From an uncultured Planctomycetota bacterium (lineage in GTDB: Bacteria > Planctomycetota > Planctomycetia > Isosphaerales > Isosphaeraceae): a stretch of DNA of 64,000 bases. The position numbers were made by a program, and so were the translations under genes. The stretch covers positions 1-64,000 of the forward strand of contig CAWGMQ010000002.1 of NCBI GenBank assembly GCA_963823665.1. Direction: 5' to 3'. Under the pieces are notes generated by a model that had not been told where the DNA came from, did not search any database, and was given only the letters and a program-made list of their open reading frames with translations. Below are positions 60,354 through 64,000 of the stretch, piece by piece; position 1 is the first letter of the stretch; every line of letters begins with the position of its first letter.

Positions 60354-62892
60354 TCAGAAATCGTCGGGGGCGATCACCTCGCCCAGATTCCGCGTGATCA
60401 GCCATCGAAACTTCTTGGGGTCGATCGTGTCCTTGATGAATCGCACCGACCCGTCTCCCATCGCGGCATTGAAGCCACCGGGGTGGGCAGACCCGGCTCC
60501 GCACAGAGACGGCGCGGCCGCGGGATCAAACATCAGATCATCAGGTTTTGTCCACGAAACCGCATTCTTGGCTTCCACCACCAACAGTGTATGCGACGTG
60601 CCGTCAGTCACGTCGCCCATCCCAACGTCTTGATCCTTCTCGAATATCGCGTTCTTTCCGACGATTACCTGGTAACAGGTCGTGAATGAGTCTGGCTTGA
60701 CTCGGTCGGGGCACAAATAAACCGAAGGCATTTCCTTGATGAGAGCTCTGTTGCGGCACACTATCCCACGGTTCGTCCAGATTGAATTTATTGTACAGCT
60801 CCTGGTAGCCCAGGTACGGCAGAATCGCGACCCGCCAGCTTAGAAGCGGCTTTCCGTTCTCGCTCCAGCCTGCAGCCCTTGGGAATTTAGTATTGACGGC
60901 AATGTAGTTGTGCATTGCCAGCGCGATCTGCTTCAGATTGTTCACGCACTGCGCCCGTCGCGCAGCATCCATAGCGGCCCGAATTATTGGCACACTGTAA
61001 GCGATCACAGCCGCCACCGCAGCCGGTGAACTGATTGCAGGAATCGCCTCGCGATGGCACAGGATGGCCCCCTCTCCATCGACGGTCACCGTGGTCGACG
61101 ACGGACCGAGTCGAGCGTTAATCTCCTCTACCTTCGGAATCATTTCAGGATCGAGCCGCAGGTAAACGTCTTTCGCATTCTTTCCGGCTCCGCGCTCTCG
61201 CAGCTCGATCTCGGCGTTGACTTGACGGATCAGCACCGGCAGGCTCGCAATCAGCACCGGTGCTGCCGGGCGTGGATCGGCGAGTCTCATGTAGATCATC
61301 TGGGCCGGAAGCCTTTGCACGCAGGGGACAAACACTTCCGGCGGTTTCCATGATCGACCGCCGGCCAGTGCACGTTGAGCTGCGTCATCCGAAGCGGCCA
61401 TCACCAGCTCGTTCTCGCCGACAATCACCGTCGGCCGCAAAAGCATCGAGTAGGGCGGAACCAACGAATTCGGTGGCCAATCGATCGCGTACGCGGGATG
61501 GGGAGGCCCGGCTGTCCTGTGGAAGGAGAGCGAAGCCGCGATCAGCCATTGCCGGTTGCGCCCACCGAATCGAAAACGCTGCCTCATGAACGGGCCGAAT
61601 GACCTCATGAGCGGATCGATCGCCCGGCCCACTTTATCGTGGTCCCGAATCTCAACTGAGAACGTAGACCCCGACGCGCGCGAGGCCGCGAGTTCGGCTG
61701 CGTTGTTTGATTCGCCTGGAGTATCGGATTGCGTGTAGAACGCCAGCTTCGGGCCGAGATTCGCCAGTAAGTCCCTGCGCAGATCCAGGCCTTGCTGTTC
61801 CAGGATCACCGGGTTTTTGAGCCCCGTTGCCCCGTTCGGTCCGCTCAACTTGATCACGGAGTCGACCAGGTCGTAACTCTTCGCCAGGTTGATTGACATC
61901 ACCGTCAGGCCGTTCACCTTTGCCGGAATGCGAGGAAGCGACCCGATCCCGAAGCTCGGCTGGTCCAGGAGCGCAAGTGCTCCTGTCCGAGGCGCTGGTG
62001 CCACCACTCGAACCGTGTAGAGCAGCGCGTCTTGATCGAATCCCCACTTCAATTCGACCCGCCTCAGGCCGCCTAAACCGAGTTGAGTCATCTCCGACGA
62101 AAGTGGCGCGAGCACTTGGGCGTCGAGAAATCCGCCCGCAAGAGGCTCGAAGCCCTCTTGCCCCTTGAACGACTCGATGCGCAGCGGATGATCATCCGCG
62201 CTCGGCCGCCGGCCTTCGATCACGTCCACAATCTCCTCAACCTTGGCGTTCTCTGTCAGCAAGAGTACGTCGTTCTCCACCCACCAAACCTGATCGGCTC
62301 CGAATCGATGAAGCGTGCGACCGGCCTTTCCAGGCGCGCCAGGTTCACCCTTCTCTAGAGCCTCGCCGTGAAGCCTCTCGGCCAGGGCCGCCAGCACGGT
62401 CTTCAGCTCAGGCTGATCACCTTTACGCAGGATGACAACATACCGCGACTTCTCTGGCGGTTTGCCAGACAACGCAATAGCAAACCCATGCTGCGCAATT
62501 CGTTTCAGTACATCGACGGCATCCACTCCCTTGAATCGAACCTTGCTCGGGACGGTCTCCTGGTAGACTTCGATGGCCTGTATTGCCATGTCTTCCAGAA
62601 GAGCGCCGAGCTTGGTTTCAGTTAGCAGCCGCGAAGCCGCCGTCTTCTGCCAGGCCGCCGCCTGCGCTTCGAGGCCTTTGAATTCCAGGTACAGCAGTAA
62701 GTCCTCGCGCGGAACGTAGCTTGCCAGCGAAGGCGATGATTTCCGTGCAGCAGCTTCCTTTGGTTTCTCGTCCTGAGCACAAGCAGTACCGACGAGGATT
62801 GACACCGCCAGGATCGGACCGATGCCGACGGCACAAGCCCGCGGCGATCGGTTCTGGCCAAGCTGCATGAACCAGAGGATGGTGCGGCTCAT
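60354..62892 (-). CDS. DUF1559 / H-X9-DG domain protein with a large N-terminal domain; frameshift near 60756
   Basis: AARRAQCVNNLKQIALAMHNY, LSWRVAILPYL, PWDS; second frame TDGTSHT...HPGGFNAAMGDGSVRFI. Confidence 0.85.
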
Positions 62893-62993
62893 GTACGTTT
62901 CCTGTGCTCGCAAAGTCTCAGGTGTAACGAGATGGTCCAGGATATCCGCGAGTGTGCAGGCGTTCCATCTCGAATCTCGTCTTTGCTCACCAC

Positions 62994-64000
62994 TTACGCT
63001 CGCGCGACGGGCAATATCACGCGAACGCATGTTCCCCGTCCGGCAACACTCTCGACCTGTAGGCGGCCTCCGTGGTCCTGGATGATTCCAAGCGTGATGG
63101 AGAGCCCAAGCCCGGTGCCGTCGCCAACGCCCTTTGTTGTAAAGAACGGAGTAAAGATACGGGGAAGGTCCTCATCCGGAATTCCGCAACCGTTGTCGCT
63201 GATCTCCACGAAAACCTCACCGGATTTCTCCTCGGACACGATCGTGATGCGGCCATCACCGCGGCCGGTCGTCTCGATCGCCTGCACTGCGTTGACCAGC
63301 AGATTCAAGAAAACCTGATTGAGCTGCGCGGGCGAGCCGGCCACGAGAGGTGACTCGCCCTTGGGCTCAAGAACCGTGATCCCATATCGATCCAGCCGCC
63401 CTCGCAGCATTTCGAGAGCCGCTAGTATTGCTTCATGGACGTCTGCCTGATCGTCTTGGGCGCAATCAACGCGTGCGAAGCCGCGAAGGTTTTGCACGAT
63501 GTCGGCCACCCGCTTCACTCCTTGCCTGGTGCGCAGCACAATCTGCTCCAGATTCTCCCGCACATAGGCAAGGTCAAACTCTGCCGCGAGCCCCTCGATT
63601 TGACTTTGCAAGTCAGGATGAGCCGTCGCAAAACGATCTCCGGACTGCTCGTACAGTGCGAGCAGCCTCAGCAAGAACCGCGAATCTCGTTCAAGTACAG
63701 CCAGGTTCGTCCCGATGTACGCCAGCGGATTGTTGATCTCATGCGCGATTCCCGCGGAAAGCATTCCCAGGGACGCGAGCTTCTCCGACTGGACAACACG
63801 TGCGCGCATCTGATGACGCTCGATGAACTGTCCAATCTGGGAGGCCAGATTGAGCGTCATCTCAAGCAGATCCGGGTCATTTTCACGCGGAGCGATTGCG
63901 AAGAATTCCAGCACGCCCAGGCAATCGCCCCGGAGAAGGATGGGCACGCCGAAGGCCGTCCGAAATCCATCCGCCTCGGCAGCCGACCGGCGAAGAAAGC
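62994..64000 (-). CDS. Sensor histidine kinase (GAF, HisKA, HATPase_c); 5' part lies outside the window
   Basis: EKLASLG..SAGIAHEINNP, QVFLNLLVNA, DNGCGI, FFTTK, GTGLGL. Confidence 0.93.
   Translation of the reverse strand, partial: FLRRSAAEADGFRTAFGVPILLRGDCLGVLEFFAIAPRENDPDLLEMTLNLASQIGQFIERHQMRARVVQSEKLASLGMLSAGIAHEINNPLAYIGTNLAVLERDSRFLLRLLALYEQSGDRFATAHPDLQSQIEGLAAEFDLAYVRENLEQIVLRTRQGVKRVADIVQNLRGFARVDCAQDDQADVHEAILAALEMLRGRLDRYGITVLEPKGESPLVAGSPAQLNQVFLNLLVNAVQAIETTGRGDGRITIVSEEKSGEVFVEISDNGCGIPDEDLPRIFTPFFTTKGVGDGTGLGLSITLGIIQDHGGRLQVESVAGRGTCVRVILPVARA

Overview
GC-rich bacterial DNA that looks planctomycete (probably Isosphaeraceae-like), judged from LExRxLL/LEGRRLMS N-terminal motifs, a DUF1559/H-X9-DG protein, an ECF sigma next to a Ser/Thr kinase-WD40 gene, and a PEP-CTERM protein. 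Ordinary chromosomal genes lie at 1-7.7 kb and 43.5-64 kb. Between them, a tRNA-Ser(GGA) (7804-7892) has its 3' 63-67 bp repeated at 37909-37971 and 43341-43407. These repeats delimit two tandem islands (~30 kb and ~5.4 kb) in which I see no integrase. The main result is that island 1 looks like a self-contained regulon. It carries an ECF sigma/kinase pair and ten copies (plus one weak copy) of a fixed-spacing motif, TG(T)AAG-N16-ACGCT(T). Each copy lies in sense orientation upstream of an island gene: a FAD2-like desaturase, a divergent PAQR/hemolysin-III gene heading one ABC/MFP exporter operon, a second exporter operon, members of an array of 6-7 paralogous predicted beta-propeller proteins, and a ~2100-aa adhesin. 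One copy of the leader has been split by insertion of a whole transporter operon. Spacers between the paralogs hold scraps of unrelated genes, including group II intron RT fragments. Many 1-2 nt frameshifts occur both inside and outside the island and are probably sequencing or assembly indels. All calls are by-eye motif recognition; no searches were run.
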